From Chiloscyllium plagiosum (taxonomy: Eukaryota): DNA of 43,095 nt. This document shows, piece after piece, positions 33,985 to 43,095 of the stretch. Below the pieces are notes generated by a model that saw only the letters and a list, made by a program, of their open reading frames with translations, made no database searches and had not been told where the DNA came from. A program made the position numbers and the translations under genes. The stretch lies in assembly GCF_004010195.1 (NCBI RefSeq), contig NC_057759.1, forward strand, positions 3,285,472-3,328,566, written 5' to 3'. Within the stretch, counting starts at the first letter, position 1; each line of letters starts with the position of its first letter.

Positions 33985-34375
33985 AGACAGAAACAGGAGA
34001 AGGCTATTCGGCCCCTCGAGCATGCTCAGCCATTCAATAGCATTGTGGCTAATGCACCATTCCTCATGCTCACTTTCCTGCACTTAACATGTAACCTTCA
34101 ATTCCCCGACTGATCAAGAATCTATGTACCCCAGCTTTAAACCTGCTCCCTGCCCCCACACACAGCTCTCTGTGGCAAGGAGTTCCAAACACTCAACCTT
34201 CCGAGAGAAGAAATTCCTCCTCACCTCAGTCTTCAATTTTGAACCAGATGGTTGTTTGTTCCTGACAACAGTCATCATTAGAGTCTTAACTCCAGATCTA
34301 TTTTTGTTTCAAATTGAATTCCAAATCCACCACCTGCCACAGCAAGATTCAAATTCACATCTGCAGGACACACCC
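33985..34375 (-). mobile_element. CR1 3' tail fragment followed by a SINE fragment
   Basis: AGGAGAAGGCTATTCGGCCCCTCGAG..GAGAAGAAATTCCTCCTCACCTC, then GAACCAGATGG..TGAATTCCAAATCCACC as in 24010-24328. Confidence 0.7.
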
Positions 34376-34504
34376 TAGGGAGCTGAAAACATGGAATTTT
34401 GCTTCCCCATTATTTCAGAAACTGAAAATGAATCTCATCAAAATTAAATTCAGAATAAATTTCACCACATCTTTGGGCTAAACATTGATGTCACCATAAT
34501 CCAC

Positions 34505-34983
34505 ACAGTGTAGACAGAGACCATTCAGCCCATCCAGTCTGCCCAAGCCAGTGAAGAGCATCCCAAACAAGCCCTGACCCTATCCCCGTAGCCCTGCATT
34601 AACCATGGCCAATCCCCCTCACCTGCACATCATAGAATCCTACAGTGTGGAAGCAGGCCTTTCAGCCCATCGAGTCCATACTGATCCTCTGAATAGCATC
34701 CCACCCAGATACACTGCCCTATGCTAGCCCTGTAACACTGCGTCTGCATTGGCTAACCCTCTTCGCCTGCCTATCCCTCACACTGTGGGCAACTTAGCAT
34801 GGCCAATCCATCGAAACTCCACACCTTTGGACTTTGGGAGGAAACCAGAAAACCTGGAGAAAACCCATACAGAGAAGGGGACAACGTGCAAACTCCACAC
34901 AGACAGTCACCCGAGGCTGAAATTGTTCCTGGGTCCCTGGTGCTGTGAGACAGCAATGCTAACCACCCAGCCACTGAGCCTCC
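34505..34983 (-). mobile_element. Two HE1-like V-SINE copies (one partial)
   Basis: CATGGCCAATCC..CCTGCACATC twice; GGACTTTGGGAGGAAACC..GTGCAAACTCCACACAGACAGTCACCCGAGG. Confidence 0.8.
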
Positions 34984-35007
34984 CAATGTTTTTGCCATTG
35001 GCCATGT

Positions 35008-35212
35008 AGGGGTTGGTTAGCTCAGCTGATTCTATGTTGGCTTACAATGTATTGTCACGTTGACAGCTTGTAGTTCAATTGCTGCTCTGGTTGAGATTGC
35101 TATGAATGATCATTCCCTGTGCCTTAGATGTGGCAACCCTCAGGTTAAACCATAAACATTTATTGCTTTTTCTCTCTCTCCCACACCTCTCTCTCCCTCT
35201 CTCTAATGAGAC
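35008..35212 (+). mobile_element. tRNA-derived SINE (second family)
   Basis: GGTTAGCTCAG head, AGTTCAATT, ACCCTCAGGTTAAACCA, (CT)n then TAATGAGA; related copy at 40519-40700. Confidence 0.6.
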
Positions 35213-35384
35213 AATCCAGACTTTACATTATCTGCCTGCTAAAAACATAACTTTGCTGATTAAAATTTAACAGCCCTCTTTTTCACTCAAAAATAACCAC
35301 TGTCTTTCTTTCCTGATGCACCAGTGGAATGAGCTATAAATAAAAGAAAAGACATTTTACCAGCAGGACATATCTAAATGAACT

Positions 35385-36850
35385 GTGAGATGATACACAG
35401 AGATTTACCAGCAGGTTGCCTTGGGGGCTGGAGAGTTTCAGGTGATTGGGAGAGATAGGACAGACTGGGGTTGTTGACCTTACAGCACAGTAGATTGAAA
35501 GAGAGGGATGTATAAAACAATGAGGGGTGAAGATAGGAAGGAACTTTCACCCCTTGACAGAGGTGGAGGAGGGGCATAGATTGGAGGTAAGGGCCAGGAG
35601 GTTTCGAGGGGATGTGAAGAAAATTTTGTTCACACAGAGGATGGTGGGGAATCTGGAACTCACTGCCTGTAAGGGTGGGAGAAGATGAAACACTTATCAC
35701 ATTGAAGAACGATTTAGATGTACATTCGTAACGCCAGGGCTATGGGGCCAGGTGCTGAGGAAATGGGATTAGAGAATAGTGAAGTGGTTGTTTCTGACCG
35801 GCACAGACTCGATGGGCCGATGGGCCTTTTCCTGGGCTGTAGATCTCTCAGAAGTTATGATGAACGCACTTTGTGATTTGTATTCTACATCCAAGATACC
35901 ATCCAACTGCAATGTGATTTTGTACATTTCATGTTCAGAGATTTGTCTTCAAAAGACAGATTGAGTAATCAAGGCCAATACTCTCTGAAGTTTAGAGGAA
36001 TGAGAGGAGATCCAACTGAGGGATATAGGACAATAAAGGGGGTGGGATTGACAAAGGAGACAGAGAGAGGATGTTTCCTCATGTGGAACAATTTAGAACG
36101 AGGGGGTCATTGTTTCAGGAGAAGAGGGTGGGACAGATTGAAAACAGTGATGCTGAGAAATGGCTTCTCTCCAAGGGAGAGGGGGTGGGAATCTCTGACA
36201 CTTCACCCCACCTCCCCCAGTAATGGGGGGCATGTCCGCACACTAAATAAATTGAAGGAGGGGACTGACAGATTGTTAATCAGTTAAAGGGAGTGGGGGC
36301 AGGAAATTAGGGCTGAGACTGGGATGAGATGAGTCACAGCCGTATAGAATGGGGATAGCAGGCTCCTGAGGGCCCATCGCCCATATGTTGTGTTGGTCGT
36401 CCAGCTGCCTGAACACTTTTTAGTGTGGGTGACTCATAAAGCTCTGAATCAGAGGGACTAAACTGTGCGATGCATCACAATCTATTAGTCACTTAGTGCA
36501 AAGACCATAAGATATAGCAGCCATTCGACCCATCACATCTGCTCCAACATTCCTTCATGGCTAATATGTTTGTTAATCCTGCCTTCTCTCTGTAACGCTT
36601 GATCCTTCTACTGATCAAGAACCTATCTATCTCTATCTTGAAGACATAATGACAGCTGTCTGCAGTAATGTTTTCCACTTAGAAAACAGTCTCTATCTCT
36701 GTTCTTTCTACTAAAAGACATAACTTCCCACTTTCCCACATTGTATTCCATCTGCCATTTCATTGCCCACACTCTTCGCCTGTCCAAATCCTTCTGCAGC
36801 ATCCCTGCTTCCTCAACACTACCTGTCCTTCCACCTATGATTGTATCATC
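35385..36850. mobile_element. Three decayed CR1 3' fragments (+35385-35850, +35955-36390, -36505-36850)
   Basis: Each has CR1 landmarks, e.g. QYSLKFRGMRGD-like peptide, GATGGGCCGATGGGCCT tail, GCCATTCGACCCATC and TTCCCACATTGTATTCCATCTGCC. Confidence 0.7.
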
Positions 36851-37714
36851 AAAGAGACAGTTCAGGACAGTGAAATGACAATGCTTCTCAGGTCAATGAT
36901 GCTAGACCTAAAGTGAATGGCTCCTTGCCCCAAAGACCAAGGCCAGAAGGGGCCACTCTCAGACATTAAGCTGTTGTACTGGGGAAATCAACATATTGAT
37001 GTCCCAGGGCCTAAAATTTAGGCATGCCCTCAAAACAAGATGTCAGATAAAGCAATTAGCCATCAGTGTAACGTTTCCTCTTCCAATTCACATTGCCGTG
37101 TTGGTAATTTAGTTGACATAGATGGAACATGTCTATGATTTAGATGATTGCAAACATTATCAATTATTAATAAATTCAAAGGATGTAAAAAGATTCATGG
37201 ATCTTCACTCCATGCCATGAGCAAGAGAAACACTAATGATGTTTAAAAGTGGCTGGGTTTTTCAGGGTTAAGATAAACTGGAGAAAATCTCCACTTTCAC
37301 TGAACCAGAAATGTTATAAAAGTATATATATATTGTATTCTGTACAAGCGTTTCTTGTTTTGGAGATGATGCAAACTGAGTACACCAAACTGCTGTCTAT
37401 TTCGGAGTCATCTACAATCAAGAAACAATAAGCAAAGTGAACCGAAAGGTTAGAAATCAGAATGTTAAACCAACAGCAAACGATACCTCAAAATTAAATA
37501 CGGAATGATAATTAAGGTCACAGCCCCAATCCAGCAGGAATACAAACCTAAGCTCTTGGTTATAGATCAACCTTTTCAAAGCAGTTCATGAACCAGGTGA
37601 CTCAATAACATCAAATGGGTATTTTGCATCAACATTCACTACAAAGTTGGCAGCTCCCCTCCCAGAACAAACTCACAAAGGGAAGGTGGAGGCCCTGGGG
37701 TAAATTACATTTTT

Positions 37715-38590
37715 TTATTATTCACTCATGGCACAAGGGCATCACCCTCTGGACCCAGTGTTTATTGCCCAACTCATCCCTACTTGTTCCCTTGAGAAGG
37801 TAGAGATGAGCTGCTTTCTTAAACTGCTGCAGTCCATGTGCTGTAGATAGACATATTGAATGGAAAGTTGTCTTCAACAGTAAACAGTCAGTCCACAGTT
37901 GGCAAACAATCTGTCCCTGCTGAGTTTTTCCAACAATTTCTGTGTCTCTTTTTATTTTTGACACTCAGTGCCTGAAGAAAGCTAATGAAATGCTGGCCTT
38001 TATATCAAGAGGACTGGGGTACAAGGATGCAGAAGGGATGCTGCAGTTATACAAAACCCTGGTTAGACCCACTTGGAGCAGATCTGGGCACCACACCTGA
38101 GGAAGGATAGATTGGCCCAGGAGGGAGTACAGCGCGAGTTTACAAGAATGATACCTGGGCTTCAGGGGTTAAGTTATGTGGAGAGATTACACAAATTAAG
38201 CCTGTTCTGTCCAGAATTTACACGGTTCAGGGATGGTCTGATTGAAGATATTAACAGGAAAAGACAGGGTGAATAAACTGTTTCCACTATTTGGGGATCC
38301 TAGAAATTGGGAGGGCATAGCCGGAGAATTAGGACCAGACTGTTCAGGAGAGATGTTCGGAAGTACTACCACGCATACTGGCTGGGGGAGGTTTGGAACT
38401 CTCTTCCACAAACAGCAGGCATTGTTTTTTTTAATCAGTTGTTAGTTTTAAATCTGAGAGGTAAGTTTTTTGTTCAGCAAAGTTTTTAAGGGGATAAGGG
38501 CCAAAGACAGGTCTATGGAGTCAGGTCACAGATCAGGCATTGAATGGTGGAACAGGCTCAAGGGCCTTCTCCGTGGCCTCCTCCTGCTCC
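37715..38590. mobile_element. LINE fragment (-, 37715-37850), PLE-tail remnant (37890-37965) and CR1 3' part (+, 37965-38590)
   Basis: TTTATTGCCC..CTTGAGAAGG; CCTGCTGAGTTTTTCCAACAATTTC; WAPHLRKD..EGVQREFTRMIPGLQGLSYVERL. Confidence 0.7.
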
Positions 38591-39654
38591 TTTATACAAA
38601 TATTCCACATTTATAAATCATGGAACCACCTGCAGTTCCAAAGTGGCATTCCCACACACCGGAGCAATTAGTGACTTCAAATAGAAATTGAAAGTCCAAA
38701 TTTTTTTTTCACACATTCCAGATCCCCACCGTCCTCTGGGTGAAACAATCCTCAAATCGCTCTCAAAACCTCTTACTCTTCACTTTAAAATGATGTCCTC
38801 CCTTGTTACTGACCTTCGACTAAAGGAAACAGCTGCTTCCTGCCCTCCCTGTCCATGTCCCTCATAATAGAGTCATAGAGACACTCAGCAAGGAATCAGA
38901 CCCTTCGGTCCAACTCGTCCATGCCATTCATAATCTCAAACTAAACTAGTCCAACTTGTTTGCACTTGGGCCCATATCTCTCCAACCTTTCCTATTCTTG
39001 AACTAATCTAAATATCTTTTAAACATTGTAACTGACCCCGTATCCGCCACTTTCTCTGAAAGTTCAATCCACGCATGAGCCACTCTCCGTCAAAAAATGT
39101 TACCAGTCATGTCATTTTCAAAAATGTTTCTCTTCTCAACTGAAAAATATGTCCCCTGGTCTTTAAGTCCCCCACCCTAGGAAAAAGACACCTGCCATTC
39201 ACCTTATCTATGCCCATCAAGATTTTATAAACTTCTACCTTCCAGTGAAAATAGTCCCAGTCCGTCCAGCCTCTCCTTATAACTCAAACTCTCCATTCCC
39301 AACAACATTCTGGAATATCTTTTCTGAACCCTCTCCAGCTTAATAATGTCCTTCCTCTAATGGGACAACCAGAACTGGACACAATACACCACAGCAGGCT
39401 TCACCAATGTCCTGTACAACCACAACATGGTGTCCGAACTCCAACACTCAATGGTCTGTGCAATGAAGGCAAGTGTTCTAAACACGTTCTCAAACACCCT
39501 GTCTACCTGTGACACAAACTCCAAAGAATTATGGACCTGAACCCCTCGGGTGCTGTGCTCGACAACACTACCAATCTTACACACCTCTGTCATGTCCTAC
39601 TCCCCTATCAATCTTTTCTGTTGAAAATGAAACAACCCAAACTTCCCTCCAACA

Positions 39655-40028
39655 NNNNNNNNNNNNNNNNNNNNNNNNNNNNNNNNNNNNNNNNNNNNNN
39701 NNNNNNNNNNNNNNNNNNNNNNNNNNNNNNNNNNNNNNNNNNNNNNNNNNNNNNNNNNNNNNNNNNNNNNNNNNNNNNNNNNNNNNNNNNNNNNNNNNNN
39801 NNNNNNNNNNNNNNNNNNNNNNNNNNNNNNNNNNNNNNNNNNNNNNNNNNNNNNNNNNNNNNNNNNNNNNNNNNNNNNNNNNNNNNNNNNNNNNNNNNNN
39901 NNNNNNNNNNNNNNNNNNNNNNNNNNNNNNNNNNNNNNNNNNNNNNNNNNNNNNNNNNNNNNNNNNNNNNNNNNNNNNNNNNNNNNNNNNNNNNNNNNNN
40001 NNNNNNNNNNNNNNNNNNNNNNNNNNNN
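39655..40028. other. Assembly gap (N run)
   Basis: Run of N. Confidence 1.
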
Positions 40029-40518
40029 TCTCTCACTGACAATCTTGAAATTCTGACCAGCCAGTTACTAATAGACCAATGAGTAGGAAACAATAATTTG
40101 CTTTCCTATCAGAATTTTTCAAACTCCCAACATCTCAATAAGGTCAACATTTCATCTTCTCTGCTCAAAAGAGAATAAGCTCAATCTCTTGAACCTTTCC
40201 CTGAATCTAAAATCTCTCATCGTTGTGATCATTCTTATAAATCTCCTTAACACTGTCTCCAGGGTTTGAACATCCTTCCTTAAGTAAGGTGTCCAGAACA
40301 GAACAAAACCAGCTTGGGTAATAGAAGGCCAACTCCCTTTGTCAAATGTATTTCCAAATTCAGCTACTGTTGCCTGTGAAGGTAAGGTGTTACGCACATG
40401 CAAAATAAAAACCCAACAGACCAAAGATGTATCTCCAATATGATCTAATATTCTCCATTCAGTACTTGTGCTGTCACCAGAATTAATTTCTTTTCTGCTC
40501 TCTGCTTTGTGTTGGATG

Positions 40519-40700
40519 TCAGGTTAGCTCAGTTGGCTGGATGTCTGGTTTGGAATGGGGAGTAACATCGACAGCGTGGGTTTGAATCTCTCACTGACTG
40601 AGGTTACCATGAAGGACTGTCCTCCTCCATTCCTTCCTTTGTGTGAGGCATGGTAACCCTCAAGTTGAAACGCCCCCTACCAGTTATCACTCTCTCCCTG
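40519..40700 (+). mobile_element. tRNA-derived SINE (family of 35008-35212)
   Basis: AGGTTAGCTCAGTTGG..GGGTTTGAATC..TGAGGTTACCATGAAGG..ACCCTCAAGTTGAA. Confidence 0.65.
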
Positions 40701-41070
40701 ACGTTCCAGCTGAGGTCCACCAGTAGTCTTTTACAATTTCAACATCACCTCCTTGTTCTCGGACTCTATGCCCCTATTAATTAAGCTGACGATGCTGTGC
40801 GTTTCATTAACTGCTCTCCCCCGTGTTATGCCGCCTTCACTGATCTGTGGATATATACCCCCAATTCCCTCTGCTCCTACACCCACTTTAGAATTTTACC
40901 CCCTACTTTGTATTGTCTTTTCGTTTCTTTCAACCAACATCCTTCACCAAATGTGTGTGGAATCACTTTTGTCTTTATTTTCCAATGTTCACGAATTAAA
41001 ACCTATTTTGTTAAATCAAACTTAATTTTCTCCATCCTAGTAGTTTTGCTACTAACTAATAATATAACTC

Positions 41071-41486
41071 NNNNNNNNNNNNNNNNNNNNNNNNNNNNNN
41101 NNNNNNNNNNNNNNNNNNNNNNNNNNNNNNNNNNNNNNNNNNNNNNNNNNNNNNNNNNNNNNNNNNNNNNNNNNNNNNNNNNNNNNNNNNNNNNNNNNNN
41201 NNNNNNNNNNNNNNNNNNNNNNNNNNNNNNNNNNNNNNNNNNNNNNNNNNNNNNNNNNNNNNNNNNNNNNNNNNNNNNNNNNNNNNNNNNNNNNNNNNNN
41301 NNNNNNNNNNNNNNNNNNNNNNNNNNNNNNNNNNNNNNNNNNNNNNNNNNNNNNNNNNNNNNNNNNNNNNNNNNNNNNNNNNNNNNNNNNNNNNNNNNNN
41401 NNNNNNNNNNNNNNNNNNNNNNNNNNNNNNNNNNNNNNNNNNNNNNNNNNNNNNNNNNNNNNNNNNNNNNNNNNNNNNNNNNNNNN
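41071..41486. other. Assembly gap (N run)
   Basis: Run of N. Confidence 1.
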
Positions 41487-42052
41487 GTGAATCTCCTCTG
41501 AACTACCTCCAGTATAAACTGCATCTGTCCTCAAGTAAAGAGATCAAAATTGTACCAGTCTCTTCTCATAAGACTAAACTTTCATCTGGGCAATCAATTC
41601 AGTGATCTCCTTTGAACTCCCTCCAATTCAACTACATCTCTCAAGGAATGGGACCAAAACAGTCTGCAGTACTCCGGATGTGGAAACCCCAATCACTTGT
41701 ACAGTTGCAGTAACAATTACCTACTTCCATACTCAATTCCTTCGCAATAAATATTTTCCTTGTGACCTGCTGTAGACTTTACACTGACACTTTGAAATTT
41801 CTCTCCTATTCAGATGATAAGTTCCCTTTTTCAATTCTTCCAACTGCAATGGATAACCTCACCGCTAATGGTACTGACCAACGCTCAGTTCACTGTCTAA
41901 CGGAAATTGAGAGTGTGTCGTCAATTTGAACTGTTGTGCTTTAGATTTGCAAATGAGTCAGGCACAACAGTTCATTTGCTCCAATTTGTCTAACAAATAT
42001 AAAATTGCTGGGTTTGCATCCCAGAGTGATTTACAGCCCATTCAGACAGTGT

Positions 42053-42313
42053 TTGATTAGATTAGATTACTTACAGTGTGGAAACAGGCCCTTTGGCCGA
42101 ACAAGTCCACACCGACCCGCCGAAGCGCAACCCACCCAGACCCATTCCCCTACATTTGTCCCTTCACCTAACACTACGGGCAATTTTAGCATGGCCAATT
42201 CACCTGACCTGCACATTTTTGGGCTGTGGGAGGAAACCGGAGCACCCGGAGGAAACCCATGCAGAATGCTGTTTGAAGTTGCTAACCACCTCACTTAACT
42301 ACCTGTGCCACCG
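42053..42313 (-). mobile_element. HE1-type V-SINE with internal deletion/rearrangement
   Basis: GATTA-repeat tail, GGAGCACCCGGAGGAAACCC, then a jump to GCTAACCAC..CTGTGCCACCG. Confidence 0.85.
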
Positions 42314-42594
42314 GGAACTGCTCGAAGAATCAGCTGGAGAAAATAAGAGAGAAAGAACATTGGAAAGTTTCACTGCAAATACTCAGCTTCTCCTGCTAGC
42401 AAATGAATCTGGATTCTTTGACTGATGCGCAAGCAACAACTATTCCAATTTTAATCTTTAGTTTATAGCTGTGCTGACCATTCCTCTGAACACAACACAT
42501 TACTTTGTATGTCTCCCCAAGTAATTTCATCTGCCACTTGCTCAACCTGCCCACACCCTCAGAAAGCACGTTCCAAAATAGTGCTTTATTTCTT

Positions 42595-43040
42595 TTTTAA
42601 TTCACTTGTGGGATGTGAAAATCACTGACTAGGCCGAGAATTTATTACCCATCCCGAGATGGCCCCTTGAGAAGGAGGTAGTGAGCTGCCTTCTTGAACC
42701 GCTACAGTCCCTGTGCTGTAGGTCGACCCACGATACCATTAGAGAGGGAACTACAGGAGTTTGACCCAGTGACACTAAATGAATGGCTGATATATTTCCA
42801 AGTTGGGATGGTGAGTGGCTCAGAAGGAAACGTGCAAGAGATGGTATTCTCATGTATCTGCTGTGCCTGTCCTTCTAGATGGACGTGGTTGTGGGTTTGG
42901 AAGGTGCTGCCTGAGGATCTTTGGTGAATTTCTGCAGGGCATCTCGTAGCTGCTACTGAGCGCGGGTGGTGGACGGAGTGGATGTGGTGCCAATCAAGCA
43001 GGGGCTGCGTTGTCCCTGGATGGTGTTCGGATTCTCAAGT
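42595..43040 (-). mobile_element. LINE 3' fragment (family of 4010-4310)
   Basis: CCCTTGAGAAGGAGGTAGTGAGCTGCCTTCTTGAACCGCT..TATTTCCAAGT..GTGCCAATCAAGC..TTGTCCCTGGATGGTG. Confidence 0.7.
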
Positions 43041-43095
43041 GTGGTCTACAATGTGCACTGCAGAAGTGACTGACTGACTGTGTGTGCGCGCACGT

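Larger units (their letters stand above)
38710..41860 (-). mobile_element. Cluster of minus-strand CR1 3' fragments around the assembly gaps
   Basis: LWLYRTLVKPAVVYCVQFW (39357-39593); WTPYLRKDVQTLETVLRRFIRMI..LSLFSFEQRR (40152-40300); tail ATAGAGTCATAGAG at ~38868. Unique sequence is interspersed near 40320-40515. Confidence 0.75.

Noticed and set aside
39509..41534. Long ORFs of 160-234 aa in the track
   Set aside because: Artefacts of translating through N gaps.

Overview
Eukaryotic, repeat-dense DNA from a cartilaginous fish. A shark is inferred from HE1-type V-SINEs, CR1 LINEs sharing the same 3' tail, and typical Penelope-like elements (PLEs). No intact full-length gene is visible, and most ORFs in the track are transposon fragments or noise. 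Main content: (1) decayed CR1, Rex1/Babar and L2 LINEs, several SINE families, and PLE fragments, three of which keep hammerhead-ribozyme cores; (2) a block present three times (about 228-2668 inverted, 7715-12800, 24400-30680) carrying a degenerate ~47-bp satellite and phase-compatible exons of an unidentified, decayed gene; (3) a C2H2 zinc-finger pseudogene (21916-22520); (4) a recent 965-bp tandem duplication (30709-32638); (5) a minus-strand terminal exon too short for the ORF track (32625-32756) that encodes a cytoplasmic tail with two ITIM-type motifs (ITYTTL, SVYVNL), suggesting an unannotated inhibitory immune receptor whose upstream exons lie to the right, perhaps in the two assembly gaps or beyond the window. 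Repeat family names come from recognising motifs by eye, not from a database search, and repeat boundaries are approximate unless a target-site duplication (TSD) is given.
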